A stretch of 63,924 nt of DNA, counting the filler, from Octopus bimaculoides (Eukaryota): assembly GCF_001194135.2 (NCBI RefSeq). It is 7 parts of 5 records of this genome, joined end to end, with 100 filler letters (N's around TTAATTAATTAA, not from the genome) between each part and the next. Parts side by side here need not be neighbours in the genome. Positions count along the whole stretch, not along the records: positions 1 to 8,318 come from NC_068984.1; positions 8,419 to 26,357 come from NC_068985.1; 5 more parts are not named here. The stretch is one strand, 5' to 3'. Positions 1 to 11,835 of this stretch are shown piece by piece. The notes beneath the pieces are model-generated. The model worked only from the letters and a program-made list of their open reading frames with translations. It was not told the DNA's origin and searched no databases. The position numbers and the translations under genes are program-made. Position 1 is the first letter of the stretch. Every line of letters begins with the position of its first letter.

Positions 1-71
<71 letters not shown>

Positions 72-107
72 GTATGTGCATGTATATAAACGTGTGTGCA
101 CGCGCGC

Positions 108-140
<33 letters not shown>

Positions 141-189
141 CGCATGTGTGTTTGTGTGACTGTGCGTGTGTATACATACATACATGATG

Positions 190-560
190 GATTTAGCAAA
201 GGATATTAGCAAATTTACTGGGACAGCTAAATCTGAGGATGGCATCCCGTAAGAACTCTCTTTTCAGGATGTAGAATGCTTTGGAGAAGCCGACAAAGGC
301 TGTAACCGCTTGCTGATATTGTTTCCGGTAATTTTCCCGGAGTTTCCTGGCAGTCAAGATCATATCCACTCCGCCCCTGTTCTTCCAAGATCCGCTCGCT
401 GCTTCAGGCAGCACTGTCAATACAGAGCACTCTGCTAGTGCCTCTCTTTGGCCATATTCGGAAACTGAGCACCTTATGATTTTAGACTAGAGTACAGGAG
501 CAGTATTGGAGTCCAGAATGCAAGCCTACTACAGTGTGAATATGCTCTGATGCTTGTTAA
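190..560 (-). mobile_element. Decayed RTE-clade LINE reverse transcriptase fragment
   Basis: ORF 193-420 (LPEAASGSWKNRGGVDMILTARKLRE...AFVGFSKAFYILKRE...RFSCPSKFANIL) aligns by eye to the RTE RT motif LPESQCGFR..RGT.DMIF.ARQLQEK...AFVDLTKAFD.V.RE...GCP.KF. Boundaries approximate. Confidence 0.8.
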
Positions 561-1589
561 CCCTTGTTCCACCCTATAGGCGAATAGCCCTATCACCACG
601 TGGTAAGTTTATTGAGACAAGGTCAGCCACTGAAAAACAATGCGCTGACAGTGTACCGTTGGGGCAACTAACAAAGGGCCCGACAAACCTCCTGTGACCG
701 GTTGTCCTGGATCTACCCCTCATCATCGAGAATGACTTCATCATGATGACACGCTCACTGGGGCATTTTAAAATTCTCCTTATGCAGGTTACTACTTCGA
801 AACCCAGTGAACAGTGAACAATTGCTGGATTTTAGCAGTTGAGGTTTGTAAGCGATGTTGCGTCTGGCAATGGCTGTAGACAGGGATAGATCAGGTGTGT
901 GTAGCCATAACCCTGTACAACAGTGACACAAGGTGTTTATTCGCTGTCAACTGCAATTGAGTGGCAGCAGACAGTTAAGGAAGGTCTATGGGAGAGGTCC
1001 GCCACGGGCGACGTTTTTATGGTAACTGCACTTTTGAATCTGCTTTATAAACCTGTGTCGGGGTGAAGGATTTGGGGATGCAAACTTAAAGGTTGCCCTG
1101 GGTGGCACACACTCTAGCTATGCCACTGTTGAGTGGCATCTATTTCTGGCGGATTTGTGCGACTTAGTGGTCCTAGTTTGTGTCCACATGATTCACTTCA
1201 GATGGGGAAAGACCGAGGAATGCTGGCCTAAAAATTACCCTTTAAATCATTCATGAGGATTGGTTACCGTCACACTTATCGGATCATTCTAGAATTGCAG
1301 CTGAAATAGGAAACTCGTGCAGCATCTTTTACAGGCCTCTCTGGAGAATGGCCCCAGCAGAGGTTCTTAGCGGGATCCGTATGGCTCTTGGCGGGGTGGG
1401 CTGTGTCCATATAAGATTTTGTGTTAAAATTCACGAGCAATAAATTGGTTATACTTCTGCAATAAACAAAAATGGATTGACAATTTTTAAAAATACTATT
1501 TCCTAATAATATGTGATAATAAAGATATAAGATTTTTTGAACATCGAATGGCTAGTGGAGTGTATATAAATATATATATATATATATAT

Positions 1590-1837
1590 GGCTCTTGTGC
1601 GGGTGGCACATAAAATACACCATTTTGAGCGTGGCCGTTGCCAGTACCGCCTGACTGGCCTTCGTGCGGGTGACACGTAAAAGCACCCACTACACTCTCT
1701 GAGTGGTTGGCGTTAGGAAGGGCATCCAGCCGTAGAAACTCTACCAAATCAGACTGGAGCCTGGTGTTGCCATCCGGTTTCACCAGTCCTCAGTCGAATC
1801 GTCCAACCCATGCTAGCATGGAAAGCGGACGTTAAAC

Positions 1838-1872
<35 letters not shown>
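1590..1872 (+). mobile_element. SINE 3' portion with V-SINE-like central domain and (GAT)n tail
   Basis: Contains GGCGTTAGGAAGGGCATCCAGCCGTAGAAAC and ends CCAACCCATGCTAGCATGGAAAGCGGACGTTAAAC-(GAT)n. A diverged copy lies at 63160-63364 and a partial one at about 35225-35310. Confidence 0.7.
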
Positions 1873-1873
<1 letters not shown>

Positions 1874-2049
1874 ATATATATATATATATATATATACATA
1901 GTATATATAGTAAATTAAGAAGCAAAGGGGTCCATCGGTAAAAAATGATCGAGAACCACTGGGATACAACATTGACATTAACATTACTGCCTTGAGTGGA
2001 AACAATTTCCATACAAGGGTTCTATAATAGAGTAAGCAATGAGTTACAC

Positions 2050-2515
2050 TAGGGGTTCTCAGCCATCTTTTTTTCTTATCTCTGAACCCCTTTAATTGCT
2101 ACTTAATTCTGGTGAAACCCCATAGCCATTCAATGTTTAAAAACTAGTTTTATAGAAACTTTTTTCAAAATTCCTATTTTGTTTTTCACTCATTCACTTG
2201 TGTAGGTTGAACTATGTAAAACGTTAGAGAAAGAAACCCAGTTGTTTCTTGCAATACACACCATTATATACACATAAAGCAAAATTTTTCAGGGGTTCTT
2301 AAAATACAGGGTATCCACAAAGTCTGGGTACATGGAGTAAATAAAATCATAACATAAACAGTTAAATATAAGAAATAATAATTTCTTAAAGTATCTGTTA
2401 ATCTCATGTACCCAGACTTTGTGGACACCCTGTACTATTGTGGACCCCACAATTTATTAGTTTGTTGTATGTACCCCACTCCAAGTCTCATATGGACTCC
2501 GGTTGAGAACCACTA
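2050..2515. mobile_element. Non-autonomous hAT-type element (MITE) with 8-bp TSD
   Basis: TIRs TAGGGGTTCTCAGCC (2050) and GGTTGAGAACCACTA (2501-2515), 13/15 complementary. Flanked by AGTTACAC (2042-2049) and AGTTATAC (2516-2523). Confidence 0.75.
2305..2434. mobile_element. Tc1/mariner-type MITE nested in the hAT MITE
   Basis: TA|CAGGGTATCCACAAAGTCTGGGTACATG ... CATGTACCCAGACTTTGTGGACACCCTG|TA: about 28-bp TIRs with 1 mismatch and a TA TSD. Confidence 0.9.
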
Positions 2516-2964
2516 AGTTATACTTTCTTTTGGAAATGTTTCCCTGAAGGTGAGCAATATCTTCATGGAGTAGGGATGGCCAACAAGAACACCTTACTAC
2601 CANNNNNNNNNNNNNNNNNNNNNNNNNNNNNNNNNNNNNNNNNNNNNNNNNNNNNNNNNNNNNNNNNNNNNNNNNNNNNNNNNNNNNNNNNNNNNNNNNN
2701 NNNNNNNNNNNNNNNNNNNNNNNNNNNNNNNNNNNNNNNNTATCCAAAGTTAATGCAGTACGATCGTTTCATGCGACTCCATTTAATTAAGCAATGTGAA
2801 CATTACATCAAATATAAAATGCAGAGCAATCCTCAGCTGCACAAAGATATAGAAATTTACTGAAATTACATTTCAACAGAAAGACGTATTTTTATAACTA
2901 CATCTAAACTCTCCAAGTTGAAAGGAAGAATACAAAAGACCATTTTGACTTAGCCAGACCATAC

Positions 2965-3499
2965 AGTAATGCCATTTTGTTTAGGACAGGTATAATTACC
3001 AACACAGGAACATGTATCATACGTCAAAATGGAGCTGGTCTTCTTTGGATCACATCCCAACTTCTCAACATAATCACCGTTTCTCTCAATAGCAATGTTC
3101 CACCTTCGAATGAGAACATGTATCCCTGCCTCGTAAAATTCTGTTGATTGTTCTTTGAGCCACTTCTTCACTACAGTTTTCACTTCCTCGTCACTGGAAT
3201 AATGTTTGCCTTTGAAACCCTCTTTTATGGGGCCAAAGAGATGATAGTCCAGTGACAAGGAAATGAAAACTGTAGTGAAGAAGTGGCTCAAAGAACAGCC
3301 AACAGAATTTTACGGGGCAGGAGTACATGCTTTCTTTCGAAGGTGGAACATTGCTATTGAGAGAAACGGCGACTATGTTGAGAAGTAGGGATGTGATCCA
3401 CAGAGGACCAGCTTCGTTTTGATGTATGATACATGTTCCTGTGTTGGTAATTATACCTGTCCTAAACAAAACGGCATTACTTTTTGACTCACCCTTGTA
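2965..3499. mobile_element. Mariner transposase 3' end present twice in inverted orientation (fold-back)
   Basis: Minus ORF 2950-3291 encodes DYHLFGPIKEGFKGKHYSSDEEVKTVVKKWLKEQSTEFYEAGIHVLIRRWNIAIERNGDYVEK (mariner C-terminus). 2965-3197 is the reverse complement of 3249-3481. The right arm ends in a TIR-like TTTTGACTCACCCTTG|TA. Confidence 0.9.
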
Positions 3500-3586
3500 T
3501 ATATGTGTGTGTGTGTGTATGTATGTGTGAGTGCGTGTGTGTAACAATATATGTGCGTATACACACACACACATATATAAGCTTTT

Positions 3587-3776
3587 TTTTTACTTGTTTC
3601 AGTCATTTGACTGCAGCCATGCTGGAGCACTGCCTTAAAGGGATTTAGTCGAATAATCGACCCCAGGACTTATTTTTTGTAAGCTTAGTACTTATTCTAT
3701 CGGTCTCTTTTGCCGAACCGGTTGTCAAGCGATGGCGGGAAGACGAACACACACATATATAAGCTTTTTTTTTACT
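3587..3776 (-). mobile_element. tRNA-derived SINE family B, 3' half
   Basis: TTTTACTTGTTTCAGTCATTTGACTGCAGCCATGCTGGAGCAC...AGTACTTATTCTATCGGTCTC recurs at about 12010, 33430 and 44250, and reverse-complemented at about 11700, 42450 and 61440. Confidence 0.8.
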
Positions 3777-4760
3777 NNNNNNNNNNNNNNNNNNNNNNNN
3801 NNNNNNNNNNNNNNNNNNNNNNNNNNNNNNNNNNNNNNNNNNNNNNNNNNNNNNNNNNNNNNNNNNNNNNNNNNNNNNNNNNNNNNNNNNNNNNNNNNNN
3901 NNNNNNNNNNNNNNNNNNNNNNNNNNNNNNNNNNNNNNNNNNNNNNNNNNNNNNNNNNNNNNNNNNNNNNNNNNNNNNNNNNNNNNNNNNNNNNNNNNNN
4001 NNNNNNNNNNNNNNNNNNNNNNNNNNNNNNNNNNNNNNNNNNNNNNNNNNNNNNNNNNNNNNNNNNNNNNNNNNNNNNNNNNNNNNNNNNNNNNNNNNNN
4101 NNNNNNNNNNNNNNNNNNNNNNNNNNNNNNNNNNNNNNNNNNNNNNNNNNNNNNNNNNNNNNNNNNNNNNNNNNNNNNNNNNNNNNNNNNNNNNNNNNNN
4201 NNNNNNNNNNNNNNNNNNNNNNNNNNNNNNNNNNNNNNNNNNNNNNNNNNNNNNNNNNNNNNNNNNNNNNNNNNNNNNNNNNNNNNNNNNNNNNNNNNNN
4301 NNNNNNNNNNNNNNNNNNNNNNNNNNNNNNNNNNNNNNNNNNNNNNNNNNNNNNNNNNNNNNNNNNNNNNNNNNNNNNNNNNNNNNNNNNNNNNNNNNNN
4401 NNNNNNNNNNNNNNNNNNNNNNNNNNNNNNNNNNNNNNNNNNNNNNNNNNNNNNNNNNNNNNNNNNNNNNNNNNNNNNNNNNNNNNNNNNNNNNNNNNNN
4501 NNNNNNNNNNNNNNNNNNNNNNNNNNNNNNNNNNNNNNNNNNNNNNNNNNNNNNNNNNNNNNNNNNNNNNNNNNNNNNNNNNNNNNNNNNNNNNNNNNNN
4601 NNNNNNNNNNNNNNNNNNNNNNNNNNNNNNNNNNNNNNNNNNNNNNNNNNNNNNNNNNNNNNNNNNNNNNNNNNNNNNNNNNNNNNNNNNNNNNNNNNNN
4701 NGGGGGGAGGGAAAAGGTGGGGATGGTGGTGGTGGCGGCGGCGGTGGTGGTGGTAAAGGA

Positions 4761-5126
4761 GACTAAAAACTAAGACAACATGCATAGAGAGTTTAATTAA
4801 AGGGGTGGTAGGTGGTTGGTGTTCTGGAGGTGACAGCGTAGTAGTAGTAGGGGTCGCAGCAGTAGCAGCAGCAGCAACAGTAGTAGTAGTAGTAGTAGTA
4901 GTAGTTGTAGTAGTAGTTGTAGTAGTAGTAGTAATGATGATATAGTGGTGTTGGTGGTGGCGGGGTTGTGTGTGTGTGTATATATATATGTATATATATA
5001 CACACAATACTGCCACCACCACCACTACTATATATATATACACAGATATATAGTGTAGACCTTCGAATAAGACCAATGCTATCACCACCACCACCACCAC
5101 GATCACTACCACCACCACCACTACCA

Positions 5127-5161
<35 letters not shown>

Positions 5162-5245
5162 ACATTGTTCTTTAACCCGTCACCTCCAGGCACCAACCGC
5201 CCCTTTAATTAAGCTCTGTATCTACGTTGTCTTAGTTTTTTTAGC
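4761..5245. repeat. Imperfect inverted repeat made of a ~75-bp unique segment plus TAG/CAG/GGT microsatellite arms
   Basis: GACTAAAAACTAAGACAAC...TTAATTAAAGGGG...CTGGAGGTGAC (4761-4834) versus GTCACCTCCAGG...CCCCTTTAATTAA...GTTGTCTTAGTTTTTTTAGC (5179-5245). Confidence 0.7.
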
Positions 5246-5320
5246 CCGATTCCCCCCTCCTCACATCTCATTCTCCCTCCCCCCACCTCTCACTATCTCT
5301 GTCTCTCACTCCCTCTCTCC

Positions 5321-5376
<56 letters not shown>

Positions 5377-6169
5377 AACGCTATTGTAGAACTGGGCAGT
5401 GTTGTGTGTATGGTCGGTGTATGGAGGGAAAAGGTTGCTCTTTGCTAGTGGCGGAGGTGGAAGGTGGTGATTCGCATAAAGGTGGTGGAGGTGGTGGTAG
5501 TGGTCATGGTGGTCTTGNNNNNNNNNNNNNNNNNNNNNNNNNNNNNNNNNNNNNNNNNNNNNNNNNNNNNNNNNNNNNNNNNNNNNNNNNNNNNNNNNNN
5601 NNNNNNNNNNNNNNNNNNNNNNNNNNNNNNNNNNNNNNNNNNNNNNNNNNNNNNNNNNNNNNNNNNNNNNNNNNNNNNNNNNNNNNNNNNNNNNNNNNNN
5701 NNNNNNNNNNNNNNNNNNNNNNNNNNNNNNNNNNNNNNNNNNNNNNNNNNNNNNNNNNNNNNNNNNNNNNNNNNNNNNNNNNNNNNNNNNNNNNNNNNNN
5801 NNNNNNNNNNNNNNNNNNNNNNNNNNNNNNNNNNNNNNNNNNNNNNNNNNNNNNNNNNNNNNNNNNNNNNNNNNNNNNNNNNNNNNNNNNNNNNNNNNNN
5901 NNNNNNNNNNNNNNNNNNNNNNNNNNNNNNNNNNNNNNNNNNNNNNNNNNNNNNNNNNNNNNNNNNNNNNNNNNNNNNNNNNNNNNNNNNNNNNNNNNNN
6001 NNNNNNNNNNNNNNNNNNNNNNNNNNNNNNNNNNNNNNNNNNNNNNNNNNNNNNNNNNNNNNNNNNNNNNNGTGGTGGTGGTGGTGGTGGTGGCAGTGGT
6101 GGTGGTGGTGATGGTGGTGGTAGAGTGACCAGTGGCGATAGCATGATTGTCGTTGTTTTAAGCCCTCAG

Positions 6170-8200
6170 ACCAATTCCGCTTAAGCCAAACCTAACCTAC
6201 GCTCTCAAAGACGGTCCAACACTGACCATCTTTTCCTTTTATAAAACTCAGAAAGTTACTCGTGTATACATTATCTTACGTGACAATAACTTTATAAGTC
6301 TGAGGGAATTCTGGCTGCTGTTTCTAGCAGTCCAGGCAACCACGTACTAAGCCTTAGGTTAGCCCTGTCGTAGAAAACCTAAAATGAACCATGACAATCT
6401 GGTCCTTCTTTAGAACTATCCCTCCAGTTCCAATGCAAATTTGGCTGCTATTTCTATATCTCGAGCAACCACATATATTATTCCTGTGGTGGTCGTTTAA
6501 CCCTAGGTCATCTTTGTTTTAGTAGACGTATGATCAACGACATTCCATCCATGATGACCTCTCCTTCAGAACAACATAGCCTTCCTTTCCCCCAAGGGAA
6601 ATCTGGCTGCTATTTCAAGCATGTCCGGCAACCGCACACAGACACTCCTGCGGTGACGATGATTATTGTCGTTGTTTAGCCCTAGGTCAGCTCTGTCTTG
6701 GTAGATCTACAATCCACGACATTCCAGCCATGACAATACAGTCATTGTCTAAAGGCAATCTTTCGGTACAAGTCTTATGTTGTCATGAGCGAGTGCGTGA
6801 CATTTGTCTTTCATCTGCACGACAAAGCAGAATAGTCAAACACACTCGCACACCCATTCGCTCATGACTGACGTCATGTACTAATACCGAAATATTGCCC
6901 TGTCTGTCTCCCCCCTCTCTCTCTATATATATATTCCCTCCATTTTCAAGGGAAAGTTGATTATTTCAAATATGTCGGGCAGCAGCCCTTATATTACTCC
7001 TGTTATGGTGTTAAAGGTTGTTGTTGTTGTTGTTTGACCTGCGGTCATCCTTGTCTTAGTAGAGTTATGATCAACACCATACCACCCTTGGCGACCTGTC
7101 CTCTTCTAGGAGAGTACATATTATCCCTCCCTTTTCAAGAGAAATTTAGCTGCTATTCTAGCAGGTCAGGCAACCACGTAGATACTCCATAGGTGATGTG
7201 TTCCATAGGTGATAACGATAATAGTTGTTGCTGTTGTTGGTGGTGTTTAACTCCTGTCTTAGTAGATCTAAGATCAATGGCACTCCGGCCATGACCACCT
7301 CTCCATCTACAGAACAATACATTATCCTTCCATTTTAAAGGGAAATTTAGCTTTTTCTAGCAGGTTGAGCAACCATGTAGGACGTGAATGACGTCGTCCA
7401 GTAATACCGAAAGATTACCCCACGTAGATACTCTTGTGGTATTATTATTCCATCGTTGTTATTCCATCGAGGTCGACTTTACCTTTCATTCTTTCGGGAG
7501 TCGATAAAATAAGTACCAGTTAAACACTGGGGTCGATGTAATCGACTTGTCCTTTCCCCCAAATTTCAGGCCTTGTGCCTTTAGTACAAAGGATTATTAA
7601 TAATGGTTATTGTTGCTTAACCCTAGGTCAGACTTGCCTTGACAGATCTATAATCAAATATATTCCAGCCATGTATCACGTCCTTCTCCTTCTCGAGGAC
7701 AATATTTTAACCCGCCATTTTCAAGAGAAATTTGGCTGCTATTTCTGGTGTCGGGCAGGCACGTATATATTCCTGAGATAGTATTAATGATTATTGTTGT
7801 TGTTGTTGTTGCTGCTCTTGTTTTTTTAACCCTAGGTCAGCTTTGGTTTAGCAGCCCCATGATCAAATACGTTCTAGCTATCTAGTCCTTCCCCAAGGCA
7901 ACATATCCCTCCAATTTTAAAAGAAATTTGGTTGTTATTTCTGACATGACGGGCAGCCATGAACATATTTTTGAGGCAGAGATAACGACTGTTGTTGTTG
8001 TTGCTGCTGCTGCTGGTGTTATTTTAACCCAGGTCAGCTTTGTTTTAGCGGGCCTGTGGTCAAATACGTTCCAGCCATCTCGCCCCTGTCTAGGGCTACA
8101 TATCGTCCCTGCAATCTTTTAAAAGTAATTTGGCTGCTATTTCTAGCGCGTCGAGTGACCTCACAGATAGGTAGAGACTCCCTTACGTGTGTGGTTCGGG
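6170..8200 (+). repeat. Diverged head-to-tail array of about 9 units (mostly 130-205 bp)
   Basis: Motif (G/A)AATTTGGCTGCTATTTCTAGCA...GGCAACCAC recurs at about 6304, 6437, 6597, 6950, 7141, 7341, 7725, 7922 and 8126. Most units also carry CCCTAGGTCA, TCCAGCCATGAC and a (GTT)n tract. A family A SINE interrupts at about 7455-7590. Confidence 0.8.
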
Positions 8201-8263
8201 CTTCCCGGCGTGTAGAGGTGAGAGTAGAGTGTACTGCTGTGGAAGGTGTCGCTAATATGTAAT

Positions 8264-8313
<50 letters not shown>

Positions 8314-8497
8314 CGTGTNNNNNNNNNNNNNNNNNNNNNNNNNNNNNNNNNNNNNNNNNNNNTTAATTAATTAANNNNNNNNNNNNNNNNNNNNNNNNNN
8401 NNNNNNNNNNNNNNNNNNCCACAGCACATTCCCAAGGCGCACAGAGCTGCGCTCGGTAGCGAAGTGAAAGCACGTTATAAGAATAAAACTACTGAAC

Positions 8498-8540
<43 letters not shown>

Positions 8541-9054
8541 TGCAATACCAAACAGTGGCTCTCGTGGTTTCTGATCTTAACTGACTGAAAGTGTTATTTG
8601 TCTCGGTATAAAAGATGGGCTACAGCAAATACTCTGTTCAATGAACTTAATCAGTTGAACATGTCTCTTAGTGGCTGATGATATGTGCATCTCTGATCTC
8701 GAGCAGAGGTTCTAGTGGAGCATCAAAGCCATGTGTTGAGAGGAACTCTTGGGGGTTTGGATAATTCACTTCTGGAAACATGGGTGTTTCGATCAACATC
8801 CTTAAACAACCCTTATTCAGGGACTTTTTGAGGATGATGGGCTACTCTACCTGAAGTAAATCCTAACTGGTCTCCACCTGCAGGGTCATACACTGTTTAT
8901 CTTGATATGGGATCACCATGTCACTCACAAATGCTTGTGATGCATGTGCTTGGTGTACCCTTATCTGACGGGTAGTCATGATTGGTATACTGGGCTTCAT
9001 ATATTTTACCGCAGTGTCATCTTGGTGACATGCACTGCTCCCTCACTCAATAAT

Positions 9055-9315
9055 AATAATAAACAGATGACAATGTTTCTCTAAAAGAAACGGAAAATTG
9101 CTCAAAATACAAAGATCTGGATATAGAGGTAACTCGATCGTGGAGCCTAAAAACAGAAACAATTCGTATCATAGTAGGCACAATATGTATGATAAAAAAC
9201 ACATTCAGACAAATACATAACAAAATCACCAGGACTTACAAGTATATATAACATGCAGAAATTAGCACTACTAAGCATCACACACATCCTACGTAAAACA
9301 CTTTAAATACAGATA
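9055..9315 (+). mobile_element. 3' end of an RLE-type (R4/Dong-like) non-LTR retrotransposon, frameshifted
   Basis: Reads D-N-V-S-L-K-E-T-E-N-C-S-K-Y-K-D-L-D-I-E-V-T-R-S-W-S-L-K-T-E-T-I-R-I-I-V-G, then ...HILRKTL: the K..KY.DL..E..R.W......I.VG restriction-like endonuclease tail. It abuts a (TAA)n tract. Confidence 0.65.
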
Positions 9316-10525
9316 GAATAAACTACCATGATATAGATTGTTGCGCAACAAATTCAAGTCTCGATATTATAACCATGGTTCATCATTTAGACCTAAGACT
9401 AAGAGAATATCGGCCTCATCAACCTCATTAAGCATTAAGGGATTTTAAATATATCCAAGCAAAGTATAATATTATGTGGTCAATATTGAACAGTGCACCA
9501 CCTTACAAGGTAAAAGCCTGCTACCGAACTTAAAAGGTTGTGGGGTAAAGAATTTCTTAACTGGAGGTCAATGTTATCCACCTGTGGTAAGAAGAGAAAT
9601 AGCTTAGGGTTAACGGCTAGAAGCAGGTGAACTAAATTTGTATAAAATGCCACACTGCCCAAATTTCATGCTCTTTTCTTCGTTTTCTGTGGCAGTTGAT
9701 TTGTTTCAGTTTTGAAGATATCTTTGTGCAAGTTTTTCCCTATACTCTGAATCAATCAATTGCTCGATTGATAGATTTGGGCCATAAACAAACCGAAATA
9801 CATATCCACAACAGCTTTAGACCTATAATAACTACATAAACGTATATAACCTATTATTTCTATATTATATATANNNNNNNNNNNNNNNNNNNNNNNNNNN
9901 NNNNNNNNNNNNNNNNNNNNNNNNNNNNNNNNNNNNNNNNNNNNNNNNNNNNNNNNNNNNNNNNNNNNNNNNNNNNNNNNNNNNNNNNNNNNNNNNNNNN
10001 NNNNNNNNNNNNNNNNNNNNNNNNNNNNNNNNNNNNNNNNNNNNNNNNNNNNNNNNNNNNNNNNNNNNNNNNNNNNNNNNNNNNNNNNNNNNNNNNNNNN
10101 NNNNNNNNNNNNNNNNNNNNNNNNNNNNNNNNNNNNNNNNNNNNNNNNNNNNNNNNNNNNNNNNNNNNNNNNNNNNNNNNNNNNNNNNNNNNNNNNNNNN
10201 NNNNNNNNNNNNNNNNNNNNNNNNNNNNNNNNNNNNNNNNNNNNNNNNNNNNNNNNNNNNNNNNNNNNNNNNNNNNNNNNNNNNNNNNNNNNNNNNNNNN
10301 NNNNNNNNNNNNNNNNNNNNNNNNNNNNNNNNNNNNNNNNNNNNNNNNNNNNNNNNNNNNNNNNNNNNNNNNNNNNNNNNNNNNNNNNNNNNNNNNNNNN
10401 NNNNNNNNNNNNNNNNNNNNNNNNNNNNNNNNNNNNNNNNNNNNNNNNNNNNNNNNNNNNNNNNNNNNNNNNNNNNNNNNNNNNNNNNNNNNNNNNNNNN
10501 NNNNNNNNNNNNNNNNNNNNNNNNN

Positions 10526-10559
<34 letters not shown>

Positions 10560-11189
10560 TCACACACACACACATACACACACATATACAGATAGATAGA
10601 TAGATAGATACATTGTGTATATATTTATTATGTATATATGTGTGAGGGGAGGGTGCAGAAACATGTTTACTCAGCTGCAAGATTTCTGATAAAAGGTGTT
10701 ACTCACAGAAACAGTGCTGTGGGGATTGGTAGTAAAGGTAGTAAAGACCGATATATTTGAAAGAATAATTATGGTGATTTTCACTTTTTAAAAATTCTAA
10801 AATACTATGTTGAGGAAAGAAGTATGAATATGTTTTCAAACTCTGACTCGTTCTCGTCATGTATCGTACAGATTTTACAGCTATAGAAATCTCTTTAGTG
10901 CGAGTTCTCCCATCGGATGAAACCGTGAAATTGCTTCGTTGTGACTTTCTCATAGTGTTTCCTTGACAAGTATATTGGGACGCTTTGCCATTGTCTTACC
11001 CAATAGGACGGCCACTGGCCCATAAGGTGCTCATCCATCCTTCGATAGGTGTTGTTTTTAGTCATCTCACTAACATTTCATGGGGAGTGTCAATATATTC
11101 CGCTAATGTCTGTCGGTGGGAACTAGAATTTGTCAGTTAGAGTACAACTGTTTTATTTTAAACATTGTATATATATAGGCGTAGGAGTG

Positions 11190-11420
11190 GTTGTATGGCG
11201 GCGAGCTGGCAGAAACGTTAGCACGCTGGGCGAAATGCTTAGCGGTATTTCGTCTGCTGCTACGTTCTAAGTTCAAATTCCGCCGAGGTCGACTTTGCCT
11301 TTCATCCTTTCGGGGTCGATAAATTAAGTACCAGTTACAGACTGGGACCGGTATGATCGGCTTAATCTGTGTGTCTGTCCTTGTTTGTCCCCTCTGTGTA
11401 TAGCCCCTTGTGGACAATAA
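11190..11420 (+). mobile_element. tRNA-derived SINE family A, near complete
   Basis: Head GGCGAGCTGGCAGAAACGTTAGCACG with B box GTTCAAATTCC, then GAGGTCGACTTTGCCTTTCATCCTTTCGGGGTCGATAAATTAAGTACCAG. More than 8 copies in the window. Confidence 0.85.
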
Positions 11421-11429
11421 AGAAATAAG

Positions 11430-11612
11430 AGGCTTGCTTCCCAACCACATGCTTCCGGATTCAGTCCCCCTGCGTGGCACTTTCAGCAGGTATCTTCTAC
11501 TATAGCCTCAGGCCGACCAAGGCCTTGTGAGTGGATTTGGTAGCTGGAAACTGGAAGAAGCTCGTCGTATAAATACATATATATATGTGTATATTTCCAT
11601 GTGTGTGTTTGC

Positions 11613-11644
<32 letters not shown>

Positions 11645-11835
11645 GTGTGTGTGTGTGTTTTATCACCCCGCCATCGCTTGCTGCTGGTATGTTTATGTCC
11701 TCGTAACGAAAAAGAGACCGATAGAATAAGTACTAGGCTTACAAAGAATAAGTCTTGGGGTCGATTCCTTCAACTAACAACCTTTAAGGCAGTGCTCCAG
11801 TACGCCCCCAGTTCAATGATTGAAACAACTAAACC
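11430..11835 (+). mobile_element. tRNA-derived SINE family B with internal (TA)/(TG) microsatellite
   Basis: CTTCCCAACCACATG...CTACTATAGCC...GTGAGTGGATTTGGTAG, a microsatellite, then AAGAGACCGATAGAATAAGTACTAGGC. Same architecture at 42215-42570 and 61300-61595 (+), and at 16430-16600, 33430-33810 and 44250-44940 (-). Confidence 0.85.

Noticed and set aside
1770-1800. Minus-strand CTGAGGA-CTGGT-GAAAC in a SINE; other CTGANGA hits at 8683, 22527, 28015, 49396, 55757, 57614 and 63587
   Set aside because: No stem II closing pair, or no correctly placed GAAA and stem I, so not hammerheads.
8319-8418. TTAATTAATTAA flanked by 44 N on each side; also at 26402, 33224, 40985, 50365 and 60906
   Set aside because: An identical 100-bp block with stops in all six frames is an artificial scaffold linker, not biology. 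It marks joins of unknown size.
9400-9700. Possible Tc1-family C-terminal remnant (YYVWSILE-like) on +; also an RTE-like 3' remnant at about 10950-11060 on -
   Set aside because: Too decayed to call confidently by eye; no TIR or intact motif set found.
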